Origin: Thermoproteota archaeon
GTDB taxonomy: Archaea > Thermoproteota > Thermoprotei_A > Sulfolobales > Ignisphaeraceae
Direction of reading: 5' to 3'
Assembly: GCA_030550585.1 (NCBI GenBank)
Contig: JAUQPB010000001.1
Span: forward strand, 32,001 to 96,000
Length of the DNA: 64,000 nt
Position numbers and translations under genes: made by a program. Of this stretch, positions 20,675 to 30,975 are shown piece after piece. Position 1 is the stretch's first letter. Each line of letters begins with the position of its first letter. The notes beneath the pieces were generated by a model. That model saw only the letters and a list, made by a program, of their open reading frames with translations, was not told the DNA's origin and made no database searches.

Positions 20675-21514
20675 TTACTTTTTTGCCTCTATCAAAACTA
20701 ATTTGACTAGATAGAATGCAATTGGTATGAGAACAATTCCAAACGCTATTGCTATTCCTATTGAAAGCATCTTCAGCACATCGCCTACATAGCCATATCT
20801 ACTAAATATGGCTGCTAACCCAACTAGTATAAATGCTAGCATCACAATGAATTGAAGATATGGAGCAACCTTTGCAAAATCTGGATGCTCTTGTAGAATC
20901 ATTTTAGACACGTCAATAACTATTATAACACCCATTGCGATGGCCACAATACCTACAAGCAGAGGGTATATCATCTCTGATGGGAGTTTAAACAAGGCGA
21001 ATGCAACTGTTAGCATTATGGCTATCAAGCCAACCAGTATCACATTCTCTATCAAGCTGACCAAGTACTTATATGATTCTCCCCAGCCTCTGGAGAGCAC
21101 AGAGCCAAGATATTTTGATAGTAGTATAGATAGTATGGTGCCTAGAGTTATAACGGCAACACCGCCAATTAGATAGGGTATATAGGAGACAACAGAATAT
21201 ATGAGAGCACCTCCATCGCCACCAAGAGGAATGTAGCCAATGGCAACAACGAGGGACAAAGCTATGATGAAAGCCATTGTCAAGCCGCCAATAAGATTCG
21301 ACAAATCTAGCTCTAGCGTAGCAATGTTCTTACCAACATCTGTTTTCAGCAAAGGCTTCTCAACATATTTGTCGATAACTCTATTCACTATCTCGCCAAC
21401 TAAATACCCGACAATAACGCCGATGGCAACCCATATTAGTGCAGCAATCAAATTTGGTAGGGTGTCTACAAAGGATTGCCACAGTCTAGCCAGGGCATCT
21501 CCTGCACTACTCAA
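20675..21514 (-). CDS. TM-helix repeat (MscS-associated type) membrane protein
   Basis: LPNLIAAL / IPYLIGGV repeats, GIAIAFG, multiple TMs. Confidence 0.7.
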   Translation of the reverse strand: MSSAGDALARLWQSFVDTLPNLIAALIWVAIGVIVGYLVGEIVNRVIDKYVEKPLLKTDVGKNIATLELDLSNLIGGLTMAFIIALSLVVAIGYIPLGGDGGALIYSVVSYIPYLIGGVAVITLGTILSILLSKYLGSVLSRGWGESYKYLVSLIENVILVGLIAIMLTVAFALFKLPSEMIYPLLVGIVAIAMGVIIVIDVSKMILQEHPDFAKVAPYLQFIVMLAFILVGLAAIFSRYGYVGDVLKMLSIGIAIAFGIVLIPIAFYLVKLVLIEAKK

Positions 21515-21669
21515 CTAGTATACCCCCAGTCTAGCCATATTCTTTAGAAGGCTTTATAAATTTTTTGTCTATGTCTGTAAAATATCAGGTAGTAGAAATG
21601 GAATTGTTATGGCCTTAGCAGAGAAAACGGTAAGCAAATATATTTGGTTCGGTAGCGGTTATACATATT

Positions 21670-21718
21670 GTGAAGAGTACCCCTGGGTCTGAACAGTGAT
21701 GAGAAGGCATTTGTCGGA
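21670..21718 (+). ncRNA. Box C/D guide sRNA (degenerate C and D boxes)
   Basis: C GTGAAGA (21670), guide GTACCCCTGGGT, D' CTGA, C' GTGATGA (21696), guide GAAGGCATTTGT, D CGGA. Both guides are 12 nt. Confidence 0.7.
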
Positions 21719-21730
21719 TGGTGATGCTCT

Positions 21731-22297
21731 ATGGATTTTAGAGAGCTCTTTGATCTTATAGCATCTGCTTTTGTTGTCTTTGTAATATTCTCTCTTCCCT
21801 ACATTAATCCGCCTAACTATGAAATGCTAGTTTCCTATCTCCTCGCTACAGCAACTGCATTTGTTTTTCATGAGCTTGCCCACAGAGCTGTTGCTAGGTC
21901 AAAAGGTGTTTTTGCTGTTTATAGGGCTTGGTACCTAGGCCTCTTGATATCTCTTGTTCTTGCGATAGCCACTCGCGGAACGTTTGTCTTTATTGCTCCC
22001 GGAGCTGTCGAAATTTATATGCCGATCTATCTACCATCGATAGAATCTAGCATTGCTATCGCAGGCCCCACAACCAATGTAGTCATATCATTGTTATGCA
22101 TACCGCTATCTATGGTGCCTAGAATATCTGTGTATGCTCGTGTTGTGGGCTATGTAAACTCCTCCCTAGCCCTATTCAATTTGTTGCCTATACCACCTCT
22201 CGATGGATACAAAGTTTTCAGATATGATGTCGTTAGATGGGGTCTTGCAATGATTTTATCCATAGTCTCATTCATTATCTACATACTCTTTATATGA
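21731..22297 (+). CDS. Site-2 protease (M50) family
   Basis: FHELAH, AGP.TN, FNLLPIPPLDG. Confidence 0.95.
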   Translation: MDFRELFDLIASAFVVFVIFSLPYINPPNYEMLVSYLLATATAFVFHELAHRAVARSKGVFAVYRAWYLGLLISLVLAIATRGTFVFIAPGAVEIYMPIYLPSIESSIAIAGPTTNVVISLLCIPLSMVPRISVYARVVGYVNSSLALFNLLPIPPLDGYKVFRYDVVRWGLAMILSIVSFIIYILFI

Positions 22298-23120
22298 CCC
22301 TCATCCTCCTCATTTCTATGGAGCCGTCTCTAATCTCAACGAAGTACATCTCGCCATTGCCTAGCGGTTCGCCTCTCCAGCCAAACAGCTTCTCGAGGTA
22401 GTAGCCCACTGTTGAAGATGCTATGACCATGCTATCCCCATCTACTTCTATTCTTAGCAACTGGTAATAGTCTCTGTTCTTCTCCCCTTCGCCAGTTATG
22501 TAATTCAAAGAGAAGGATACCGCCCTATGGCTCGCCTCATCAACTATTATACCAACGCTGTTAAGAGATGTTTCCACAGCTCCAATCTCTATGACCCTAC
22601 CCATAGCTTTTGCCAGCGACTCTACATCTATTCTGTCAATGTTTTTCGCTATCCAATATGCAACAAAAAATGAATCGGCATAGCTATTCACAAGACCCTC
22701 CAATCCAAGTTCTCTTGCAAGCAGATTCTTATTGACAGAGCCATTGTGCGCAAACCACAGGCTGAGTTTTCCAGGTATGCTTATGTGGAATGGATGAGAA
22801 TTGAACACGTTTATAGGCTCTGAAGAAGTTAGTCTGCTGTGCATTATCATATGGATCCACTGTACATCTGTTGGAATGCCTTTGACAAATCTCCTAACAT
22901 CTTCGTCTAGTAGGGGTAGCGATGTTTTATAGTAGGCGAACCCCATTTCATCAAACTTCATGAATGCATATGCTGCCCCCCATCCATGGTTATGGGATCT
23001 CCTACCCCTTCTAACCCTATCGAGAACAACATCATGCTGTGTAGCAAGTTTAAACCCTTTCACAACCTTAATTAGATTGCCTGTCTTGCCAACGCCAACA
23101 AAATGAAGTATTCTACACAT
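22290..23120 (-). CDS. Class II (Ntn) glutamine amidotransferase-like protein
   Basis: MCR start (ATG 23120), HNHGWG, MHSRLTS, NSHPF, FAHNG, DS. Confidence 0.85.
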   Translation of the reverse strand: MCRILHFVGVGKTGNLIKVVKGFKLATQHDVVLDRVRRGRRSHNHGWGAAYAFMKFDEMGFAYYKTSLPLLDEDVRRFVKGIPTDVQWIHMIMHSRLTSSEPINVFNSHPFHISIPGKLSLWFAHNGSVNKNLLARELGLEGLVNSYADSFFVAYWIAKNIDRIDVESLAKAMGRVIEIGAVETSLNSVGIIVDEASHRAVSFSLNYITGEGEKNRDYYQLLRIEVDGDSMVIASSTVGYYLEKLFGWRGEPLGNGEMYFVEIRDGSIEMRRMRVI

Positions 23121-23175
23121 CCACATACACACCTACAAAGCTTTTGCATTAGCATAAATAGCCAGCTGTTTAATG

Positions 23176-24543
23176 CTAATAAATGTTCTTGGGCGCTGAT
23201 CTAGAGAGAAATTCGTCTATAAGCACTTGTATGGACGGCCCCTCAACTATTTTCATATGCCAGAACGCCCTCACCACAGGCTTGTTGATTTTTATAACCC
23301 TTTCTATTCTTGCTGGTGTTCCCAGCACAACAGCATCTGCAGGAACTCTATTTATGGTTTCTTCAAGATCTCTCAACTGCTGGGGTGTGTAGCCGAGGCT
23401 TGGCACCACAGGCCCTATGCCGGGGTAGAGCTCGTAAACCTTTTTTATGTAGCCAACAGCATAATCTCTTGGATCGACGACCTCAGCTCCAAACTTTCTC
23501 GCTGCCACATATCCAGCCCCATAAGATGCTCCACCATGCGTGACGGTTGGGGCGTCCTCAACTACTACAACACTCTTTCCTGAAATCACACTGGCGTTGT
23601 TGACCTCCACAACGAAATCTGCCTTGACTATATGAGCATCTCTATTTATCTTCCTCACATTATCGACGATTCTGCTGATATTCTCCTCTTTTGCCTCCCC
23701 AACCTTGGTTATTATCACAGCGTCGGCTAGTCTTATGTTGACCTCGCCTGGATATGCGCCAATCTCTATTCCGGGTCTTGTACTATCGGTTACGGTGATC
23801 CAGTACCACGGTCTATAGAATGGCCAGTCGTTGTTTCCACCATCCCACAGTATCACATCCCCAAGCTTCTCAGCCTCTATGAGGATTCTCGTATAGTCTG
23901 CACCAAGCAAGACAGTTGATCCAAGTTCTAGGTGGGGCTCTATCTCCTCCCTCTCCTCTATGGTGATGCCATGTATGTCCAGATCATCCAAACTTTTGAA
24001 CACTTGGACTATCTGCACCCCAAAATCTCTATATATCATGGGGTGCCTGACAACAGAGACCCTCAAACCCCTTCTTCTAAGCTCTTGGACAACAGCCTTT
24101 GAGACAGTGCTCTTCCCAGCTCCGGTCTTGGTGGCCGTAACTGCTATCACAGGCTTTACAGAGTCCAGCATAGTTTCTTTCAAACCTAGGATCCTGAAGC
24201 TACAACCTGTTGAGAGAACATATGATACTATCCTGCCGAGCTCCTCGTAAGTCAGATCGCTTAGACATAAAACGGCCTCGTCAACGCCATAGAACTTGAC
24301 TATATTCGGGAGCATGTCTAGGGGGTATATGGGGATGCCACTGGAATATCTATCGCCAGAAACAGCCTCGGGCACTCTTCTAAATTCTGCACCCGGTATT
24401 TGAGTAAACAAAAATGCTACAACCTCTACACTTGGATCCCTTCTCAGCACAGTTATGAAATTGTGTATGTCCCTGCCACCAGCACCTATAACCACTACCC
24501 TTCTAACCAAAACACGCCACCAGATACCAACTCTTGTTAGCAA
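23176..24543 (-). CDS. P-loop GTPase, cyclic 2,3-diphosphoglycerate synthetase-like (COG2403 type)
   Basis: GAGGRDIHNF, TKTGAGKS, RHPM.Y, TIEEREE.EPH, WDGGNND, EDAPTVTHGG. Confidence 0.85.
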   Translation of the reverse strand: MLTRVGIWWRVLVRRVVVIGAGGRDIHNFITVLRRDPSVEVVAFLFTQIPGAEFRRVPEAVSGDRYSSGIPIYPLDMLPNIVKFYGVDEAVLCLSDLTYEELGRIVSYVLSTGCSFRILGLKETMLDSVKPVIAVTATKTGAGKSTVSKAVVQELRRRGLRVSVVRHPMIYRDFGVQIVQVFKSLDDLDIHGITIEEREEIEPHLELGSTVLLGADYTRILIEAEKLGDVILWDGGNNDWPFYRPWYWITVTDSTRPGIEIGAYPGEVNIRLADAVIITKVGEAKEENISRIVDNVRKINRDAHIVKADFVVEVNNASVISGKSVVVVEDAPTVTHGGASYGAGYVAARKFGAEVVDPRDYAVGYIKKVYELYPGIGPVVPSLGYTPQQLRDLEETINRVPADAVVLGTPARIERVIKINKPVVRAFWHMKIVEGPSIQVLIDEFLSRSAPKNIY

Positions 24544-24625
24544 AGGTAAAATAAACTATTGCTGGAACCATACATCTAATAGCTAAGCAATCGCCCATAT
24601 CATATTGTGTAGCAAAGTTGCTTAA

Positions 24626-25381
24626 TCACATCTGCAACGGATGAACAATCTCTATGTCTCCAGCACTGAATGTGTAGTAAACCCAGTCGGGGTTGTGTCT
24701 AGTTATTTTCAGTTTCTTCACCATGGCTCTCCACAAAACGGCTTTGTTTTTATGCTGCGTTGTATACCAAATCTTCTCAGCTTTTATCACCCCATCTACA
24801 TTGTGTTCAATGCTTGCTAACAACTCCCTTGCCTGAGGTGTCGATGTATGTAGCGTTGCAACCGTTAGAATGTTTTTAGCCTTTGAGAAGTTTGCTCTAA
24901 TGACTTTTATGTGCTCTGCCAAATCCATTGTTTTGTAGAAACACAGAAACTCATTTAGAGAGTCTATCGCTATAAGGCCCCTGCTCTCTAGACCCATCTC
25001 ATTTGCAATACCTAAAAGCGTTTCAATTACATGTTCAATGTTCTGGGGGTTCACCTTGGCTATCACAGATATATGCGACTTGAAGTCTCTGTCTCTTATC
25101 CTCTCACTATATCCATCTACAATAAAAAACTGCTTCTTTTTAACATACTCTATAACATCTATTTTCAGATTCTCAAGCTGTAGAGCAACCGTTTTTGGAT
25201 CATCGTCTAGAGCAAGGTATAAAACGGGCTCTCCCAACTGAAGAACACTCCCAACAATTTTTGCAAGAAGCACACTTTTGCCAGAACCACTTTTGCCGGC
25301 TATTACAATGAACGAGTTTCTTGGTATGCCCTCAGGAAACATTGTTTTCAGCGGCTCCAAACCTGGTATCAGCATAGACAT
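24626..25381 (-). CDS. KaiC/RAD55 RecA-superfamily ATPase
   Basis: GIPRNS, GKSGSGKS, IAIDSL, EHNVDGVI. Confidence 0.85.
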   Translation of the reverse strand: MSMLIPGLEPLKTMFPEGIPRNSFIVIAGKSGSGKSVLLAKIVGSVLQLGEPVLYLALDDDPKTVALQLENLKIDVIEYVKKKQFFIVDGYSERIRDRDFKSHISVIAKVNPQNIEHVIETLLGIANEMGLESRGLIAIDSLNEFLCFYKTMDLAEHIKVIRANFSKAKNILTVATLHTSTPQARELLASIEHNVDGVIKAEKIWYTTQHKNKAVLWRAMVKKLKITRHNPDWVYYTFSAGDIEIVHPLQM

Positions 25382-25491
25382 GTGGAAGACCAGAATTTTA
25401 TCCCACAACAAAATTTTTAAGTTTATGAAGAATACTATCCTCATTATTTGAAATGTTGACCTAGATGGATACTCTACCGTGGTTGTTGTGA

Positions 25492-26481
25492 ATGAAGGGA
25501 ATAGTTGTTGACTCCATTAAAAAGACTTATATTAGTAAGGAGGGCTTTAGGAAGAAGCGTGTTGTCGAGGCTTTGAAGGGGGTTTCGCTAACTGTTGGCA
25601 GTGGAGAGATACATGCTCTTCTAGGGCCAAACGGAGCCGGAAAGTCGACTCTTGTCAAGATACTGGCAACACTTCTTCTCCCAGATTCTGGAAGAGCATA
25701 TGTAGACGGCTATGATGTTGTTAGAGAGGCTGAGAAGGTTAGGAGGGTTATCGGCATTGTATTAGATGTTTCGAAAGGTTTCTACACCTCACTAAGCGGC
25801 TACGAGAATCTTGTCTTCTATGCTCTTCTAAAAGGGTATTCCTATCAAGAGGCTAGGAGAAGAGCGAAAGAGGTTCTCGAGCTTGTCGGACTCTACGAAA
25901 TGAATGCCCACAACAGGCCCTACTACACATATAGCCTTGGGATGAGGGCTAGACTCTCAATAGCAAAGGCTCTTTTGACAAATCCGCCTGTTCTACTCTT
26001 AGATGAGCCGACACTCGGCCTAGACGTTGAAAGTGCAAAGGCTGTGAGGAAGCTGATCACGGATCTTGCCAAAGAGGGTAGAACAGTTCTTATAACAGGT
26101 CACAACATGCATGAGATAGAGCAGATAGCCTCGTCGATAACTATAATAGATAGCGGTCGTGTGATAGTATCTGGAAATCCATCAGAACTCAAAGCAAAGC
26201 TGGGCTTGATGCTCAAAGTCTCTACAAGAATAGAAGGTCTTCACACCCCCCAAATTCTCGAGAAAATAAAAAGCTTTATACCAATTGAAAAGGCTAGCAT
26301 AGAGCCCCTCGACAGCTCTACAAAAATCGTTTTCTACACCAAGGCTAGTAGAGAAGAGGTTGTGCAGAGCATTATGCAGATGCACAGCACACTAGATTTG
26401 AAAATACTTGATTTGGTTGTCGAGGAGCCGACGCTTGAGGATGCCTATATAGCTGTTGTTGGTGAGGGTCATGGTCATTAA
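25492..26481 (+). CDS. ABC-2 type exporter ATPase
   Basis: GPNGAGKS, YSLGMRAR, LLLDEPTLGLD, EPTLEDAY. Confidence 0.95.
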   Translation: MKGIVVDSIKKTYISKEGFRKKRVVEALKGVSLTVGSGEIHALLGPNGAGKSTLVKILATLLLPDSGRAYVDGYDVVREAEKVRRVIGIVLDVSKGFYTSLSGYENLVFYALLKGYSYQEARRRAKEVLELVGLYEMNAHNRPYYTYSLGMRARLSIAKALLTNPPVLLLDEPTLGLDVESAKAVRKLITDLAKEGRTVLITGHNMHEIEQIASSITIIDSGRVIVSGNPSELKAKLGLMLKVSTRIEGLHTPQILEKIKSFIPIEKASIEPLDSSTKIVFYTKASREEVVQSIMQMHSTLDLKILDLVVEEPTLEDAYIAVVGEGHGH

Positions 26482-27292
26482 CATTCTAAGAGCTCTTACC
26501 TATAGGGAGATCGTGTGGTTCAAAAGATTCGCCTCTGACTACATTGTTTCGTGGATACTGCCCCTAGCCTTCTCACTAGGTGTAGTGTTTCTACCTGCAA
26601 CAATATCCGATATCAACACAGTTGTTGGTAGAATGAGCTCTATGTTCGACTATCAAATGGATTTGAAGACAGCCTACATGCTAGCACTTTCTGTAACGGG
26701 TATAGTGAACATAGTTGCCATAACAGTAAACGATGTTATCCAAACAATATTCTCAGAGTTTAGATTTATGGAGGTTGGGTGGATGATACTGGAGACCACA
26801 AGTCTAACCAGATATGGAATTGCCAACGCCATCGTCAGGCCAGCTATAATGACACCTCTAACAACATTGTATCTAGCACCAATCCTAGCCTATTTAGACG
26901 GTTTAAACGGTTTGACAACATTTGCGATACTTGAAGTAGCTTTCGAGGTGACGGCCATTGCCCTAGGATTCTATGCGACAGCTATAGCCCTTGTGCTAAC
27001 CTTTTACACGAGGATTTCAAGGCCCTGGACAATATCAAATGTTTTAGCGCCTGCCATATTGGCTGGTGCTGGTGTGTATATCCCAGTTAGTCTTGTGCCA
27101 GCTGTTCTAAGGCTCTTCGCATATACAACCCCTGTTCCAGAGTCTTGTGAAATAGTCTACCTGATAGCGTTGAGAGGGGTTCCAGGAGAGTTAATATGGT
27201 TCATGGCTATAGCCTCGTTTGCAATGACACTATATGTGGCTGTCTCTGGGCTACTGTCTAAGAGTGCCGACATCAGGGTGAGGAAAGGGTGA
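26471..27292 (+). CDS. ABC-2 type permease
   Basis: About 6 TMs, GVYIPVSLVP..LR motif; coupled to the ATPase gene. Confidence 0.85.
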   Translation: MVINILRALTYREIVWFKRFASDYIVSWILPLAFSLGVVFLPATISDINTVVGRMSSMFDYQMDLKTAYMLALSVTGIVNIVAITVNDVIQTIFSEFRFMEVGWMILETTSLTRYGIANAIVRPAIMTPLTTLYLAPILAYLDGLNGLTTFAILEVAFEVTAIALGFYATAIALVLTFYTRISRPWTISNVLAPAILAGAGVYIPVSLVPAVLRLFAYTTPVPESCEIVYLIALRGVPGELIWFMAIASFAMTLYVAVSGLLSKSADIRVRKG

Positions 27293-28068
27293 ATATGAGG
27301 AGAATACTGCATGTGCTTTACATAGGATTTGTATTGTCTAAAATGCATATAGCAGGCTATATAGCATCTATTGTCAACTCTATACTGTGGTTCATAGTAA
27401 TGTTTGTTCCCACAGTAATATTCAGTGGATATCCTCTAGAGGCCCTATCCGTTCTCCTACCAGGCATATATGCATTAACAGTAGCAAGCAGCGCTATGTG
27501 GACATCAACCGAGTTTCTGAGATGGAATGTCTACCAGGGGCTAACCGACATGTATAGAGAGAACGGTTTAACAGTATTCCACTATCTTCTAAGCAACTCT
27601 GTAGTGGACTCTGTAGTGATTGGCACATCCACATACATCCTCTCAGCATATATAATGGCATCTTATCTGGGGCTTGGAATAGAGGCTGCCCTCCCAAAGA
27701 GCTACTTGTACCTCTTCCTAGCAATAGCCTTATCCATACCAACATATCTACTTGTAGGTTCTATAATCGGCTATCTAATGGCCTCAACCTCTATTAGCGG
27801 GTCATGGATAAACATAATCCAGATGATAATAGCCTTGGGTACAATAGTACCGCCAAAAACATTTCCAAACACATGGATACTACTTGCAAATCCCCCAACA
27901 ATTGTGGCAGAAATCCTTAGAATAGGATACAACACCAACACACTACCCCCAGACATTCTCGTAGCAATTGGTGTAGCTATGATATTTGTGTACACAGCTC
28001 TAGGCTACTTCATTGGTATGCTATGTGACAAGAGAATCGCTAGATATGGCCTAGAATACAGGTTCTGA
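27289..28068 (+). CDS. ABC-2 type permease (second subunit)
   Basis: About 6 TMs; 4-bp overlap with the upstream permease. Confidence 0.8.
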   Translation: MNMRRILHVLYIGFVLSKMHIAGYIASIVNSILWFIVMFVPTVIFSGYPLEALSVLLPGIYALTVASSAMWTSTEFLRWNVYQGLTDMYRENGLTVFHYLLSNSVVDSVVIGTSTYILSAYIMASYLGLGIEAALPKSYLYLFLAIALSIPTYLLVGSIIGYLMASTSISGSWINIIQMIIALGTIVPPKTFPNTWILLANPPTIVAEILRIGYNTNTLPPDILVAIGVAMIFVYTALGYFIGMLCDKRIARYGLEYRF

Positions 28069-28075
28069 TACTTGT

Positions 28076-29020
28076 TCAGTAATACCATGTGTCGTAGTAG
28101 AAAGGCTCGTTGACAAAAACCCCCGTTTCATATGCCCTGCAAAAACTTTTGAATGGGCAAACACTGCATCTAGGCTCATCATATCTACACACGCTTCTAC
28201 CAAAATACCACATGAAATCGTCTATCAGGAGAGGGTCAACACTACTAAGCCTTGACATCGCCTTATACGCCTCTCTAACAGCCAGGCGAATCAACACATC
28301 TTCGTCATGCGATATGGGGGAGCCTCTAACAGCCTTTTCGGATAGGCTATACTCAAGCTCTACAACACCGGTTCTCAGTGCTATCCTCGTCAGATGGTTG
28401 TCTACAGCCACATGCAGATTTTCCTTGTCTATGGGATTGAACAGACCTCTGTAGACTAGGAACTTGACTAGGAGAAAAATCTTCTTCTCTACAGGATCCT
28501 GGTACGCCTTGAACACCTTTAGCAGGTCTGCAAGGCCGTAGCCATTCAAAGACCTTATATAGTTTCTGGATAGCAAGATAATATTCTTTGGATTAGAGCT
28601 GTAGACCAGAATTATCTTCTGGCCCAAGTCGTTGAGCAGATGCGTTCTAAGCCCAATGTCAACCGGCTTGGCATCGCCTACAGAAAGCCACTTCGCCACC
28701 TCATCCTCTCTAACCCTAGCCAGATGCTCTGGACTAAAGAAATCTGGGTTGTTTCTATACATCTCGATCCCTAGCCTGTACAGCAGATCCGCGCCTCTAA
28801 GCCTCTCACCATCTATAATAGCCTCATAGGGTTTTCCAGGACGGCTCAGTCTATGATCCATTGCAACCATGGTCAGGAAGTACATCAGAACCTGCTCTAG
28901 AGGCTCATTCGATTTTGGGTAGAACCTAGAGTCAAAAACATTCATCTTATGCTCTTCGCTAACCACTCTAGGCAGAATCTCTGCGATAGAGGCTATCCTC
29001 CAGTTGACAAGAGTGGGCAT
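28076..29020 (-). CDS. Queuosine-salvage (QNG1/DUF2419)-like HhH-superfamily N-glycosidase with C-terminal 4Fe-4S loop
   Basis: AYQDPVEKKIFLL, VAVDNHLTRIALRTG, IR.A, IDDFMW resemble the QNG1/HhH-GPD core. The C-terminus has the Cx6Cx2Cx5C FCL motif (CRYDEPRCSVCPFKSFC). Confidence 0.7.
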   Translation of the reverse strand: MPTLVNWRIASIAEILPRVVSEEHKMNVFDSRFYPKSNEPLEQVLMYFLTMVAMDHRLSRPGKPYEAIIDGERLRGADLLYRLGIEMYRNNPDFFSPEHLARVREDEVAKWLSVGDAKPVDIGLRTHLLNDLGQKIILVYSSNPKNIILLSRNYIRSLNGYGLADLLKVFKAYQDPVEKKIFLLVKFLVYRGLFNPIDKENLHVAVDNHLTRIALRTGVVELEYSLSEKAVRGSPISHDEDVLIRLAVREAYKAMSRLSSVDPLLIDDFMWYFGRSVCRYDEPRCSVCPFKSFCRAYETGVFVNEPFYYDTWYY

Positions 29021-29043
29021 GGTCCATCACCACAAATTTGACT

Positions 29044-29916
29044 TTACGCTGCCCTCTCCTCCCTGAAGTACACCTCTCCAAGAGCTTTTGGCATCGCAAC
29101 TTTTTTGCTTAGTGGAGTGGCATACACAATGACCACTACCGCTAGCGATACCATAAATGGTAGTGCATTTACCACATCTGTTGGAACTCCATAGAGAAGT
29201 TGTAGAGCGTATGACGATGTGTATAGATATCCGAATGCAATGGCTATGGGATATGCTATTAGGGGGTGCCACGAAGATGCCATTGCGAGGGTTATAGCCA
29301 GAAACCCGTATCCCATGCCCGTGTACTGTGACCAGCCACTTCTATAAATCGTTGTGTAGATGTAGGAGCCTATGGAAACCAGCGTGTATCCGATTATAGT
29401 TGCTATGTACCTTGTTCTCCACACCCTGACACCAGCTGCCTCAGCAGCTCTTGGATTGAATCCACAGGCCCTAATCTCTGTTCCAAGCCTCGATCTATAT
29501 AATGTGAACCATGTTAAAACCGCTGTTGCCACGCCTATCAGAGCTAGAATCGGCTTTCCAATACCTATTGGGACCAGGGATCTGCTCTTCATGTATCTAA
29601 GCCCTATTAGTGCTCCAACACCATAGAATGCTATGTTTAGAGATAGCCCAGTCAAAACGTGTGGTGCATGCAATACATTGATGAATGTTGCGAAGATTAG
29701 CGATAAAGCTATTGTTGATGCCAGCGAAATGAGAAGCCCTTGGACATAGCCAATGTTTTGAACGGCCACAAACGTTACCGCTATCGAGAAGGTTATTATG
29801 CCGTCTATCGCAAGGTTTATAACACCACTCCTCTCAACAACTATGTCTCCTAGGATCCACAGAGTCAGTGCTATTGCCAGCGGATCTGCTAAGATAGTTA
29901 GTATGGGCTCCACCAT
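29044..29916 (-). CDS. Nucleoside/sugar (CUT2/BMP) ABC permease
   Basis: ERSGVINLAIDG, RACGFNPRAAEAAGV, G.GFLA, PKALG. Confidence 0.9.
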   Translation of the reverse strand: MVEPILTILADPLAIALTLWILGDIVVERSGVINLAIDGIITFSIAVTFVAVQNIGYVQGLLISLASTIALSLIFATFINVLHAPHVLTGLSLNIAFYGVGALIGLRYMKSRSLVPIGIGKPILALIGVATAVLTWFTLYRSRLGTEIRACGFNPRAAEAAGVRVWRTRYIATIIGYTLVSIGSYIYTTIYRSGWSQYTGMGYGFLAITLAMASSWHPLIAYPIAIAFGYLYTSSYALQLLYGVPTDVVNALPFMVSLAVVVIVYATPLSKKVAMPKALGEVYFREERAA

Positions 29917-29919
29917 ACC

Positions 29920-30975
29920 TCACCTAACAACTATCTTGTATTTGGATACAAACTCCGCGACTATTGTGGCTGCAAACAGTGTTCCTATTATGGACTTCGC
30001 CAATGCATCGCCTATAGCAGCACTCCCAATTTGAAGAGCAAAGCTCAGTCTATATAGAGCAGCTGTATAGTAAGACGATATCACAATGCCTATTGGATTC
30101 AAGCCGCCGAGCCATGCAACCATTATGGATGTGAAGCCCATTCCGCTGCCAACAATGCTCCCCTCAACAAGCTTTCTATGGTAGACAAGAATCTCTGCAC
30201 CACCGACAAAACCTGCAAAGGCTCCTGATATGCAAAACGCTGCTAGTGCAAGTCTTTTGCTTGATATGCCAGCAAGCTCGACAGCCGCTATGCTAGAGCT
30301 TAGGGCTCTTAGCGATATCCCGAATCTTGTTTTGTAGAGCAGTAGATAAACTATGGCAACAAGCACAAAGGCTGTCACAACAATGTACCAAGAGAAGCTG
30401 TAGCCTGGTACCACAGGTAGCTTAGATGCATCTGGAATCATATCTGTTGTTGTATAGCCGTAGACCCCCCTGCCTCTCCAAGGGCCTTTGACTAGGTAGC
30501 TAGAGAAGTAATAGGCTATATAGTTCATTAGAAGGGTTGTAACAGCCTCGTTAACCCCTAGATAAAGCCTCATAACAGATGGTATGAGCGCCCACAGCAA
30601 TCCGATGATTGCTGCAAAAGCGAGGGAGGCTATCGGGGCTATATAATCCATTTTCCCAAGTGGTGTAAACAAGGCTATGTATGTTGCTCCTACAGCCCCC
30701 ATCACAAGCTGGCCTTCTGCACCAAGATTCCACAGATTTGCGTTGAACGCTATCGCCAAGCCGAGTGCAATTGGCAGGAAAACAGAGATGTATCTGAAAA
30801 CATTTAGATCTAAAAAGCTTTCAAAAGCTGTTCGAAGCGTTTCAGAAAATCCCAATCCTGTGGCAACAGATGTTATGTAGACTGCTATCAAAAACCCTAT
30901 GAATGCCGTTAAAAACCTCGTTAAAATGCTTAGACTTGGCGGCAAAACCCTTTTCACAACGACTATTCTAGCCAT
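29920..30975 (-). CDS. Nucleoside/sugar (CUT2/BMP) ABC permease
   Basis: LWNLGAEGQ, VNEAVTTLLMNYIA, GMGFTSIMVAWLG. Confidence 0.9.
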   Translation of the reverse strand: MARIVVVKRVLPPSLSILTRFLTAFIGFLIAVYITSVATGLGFSETLRTAFESFLDLNVFRYISVFLPIALGLAIAFNANLWNLGAEGQLVMGAVGATYIALFTPLGKMDYIAPIASLAFAAIIGLLWALIPSVMRLYLGVNEAVTTLLMNYIAYYFSSYLVKGPWRGRGVYGYTTTDMIPDASKLPVVPGYSFSWYIVVTAFVLVAIVYLLLYKTRFGISLRALSSSIAAVELAGISSKRLALAAFCISGAFAGFVGGAEILVYHRKLVEGSIVGSGMGFTSIMVAWLGGLNPIGIVISSYYTAALYRLSFALQIGSAAIGDALAKSIIGTLFAATIVAEFVSKYKIVVR

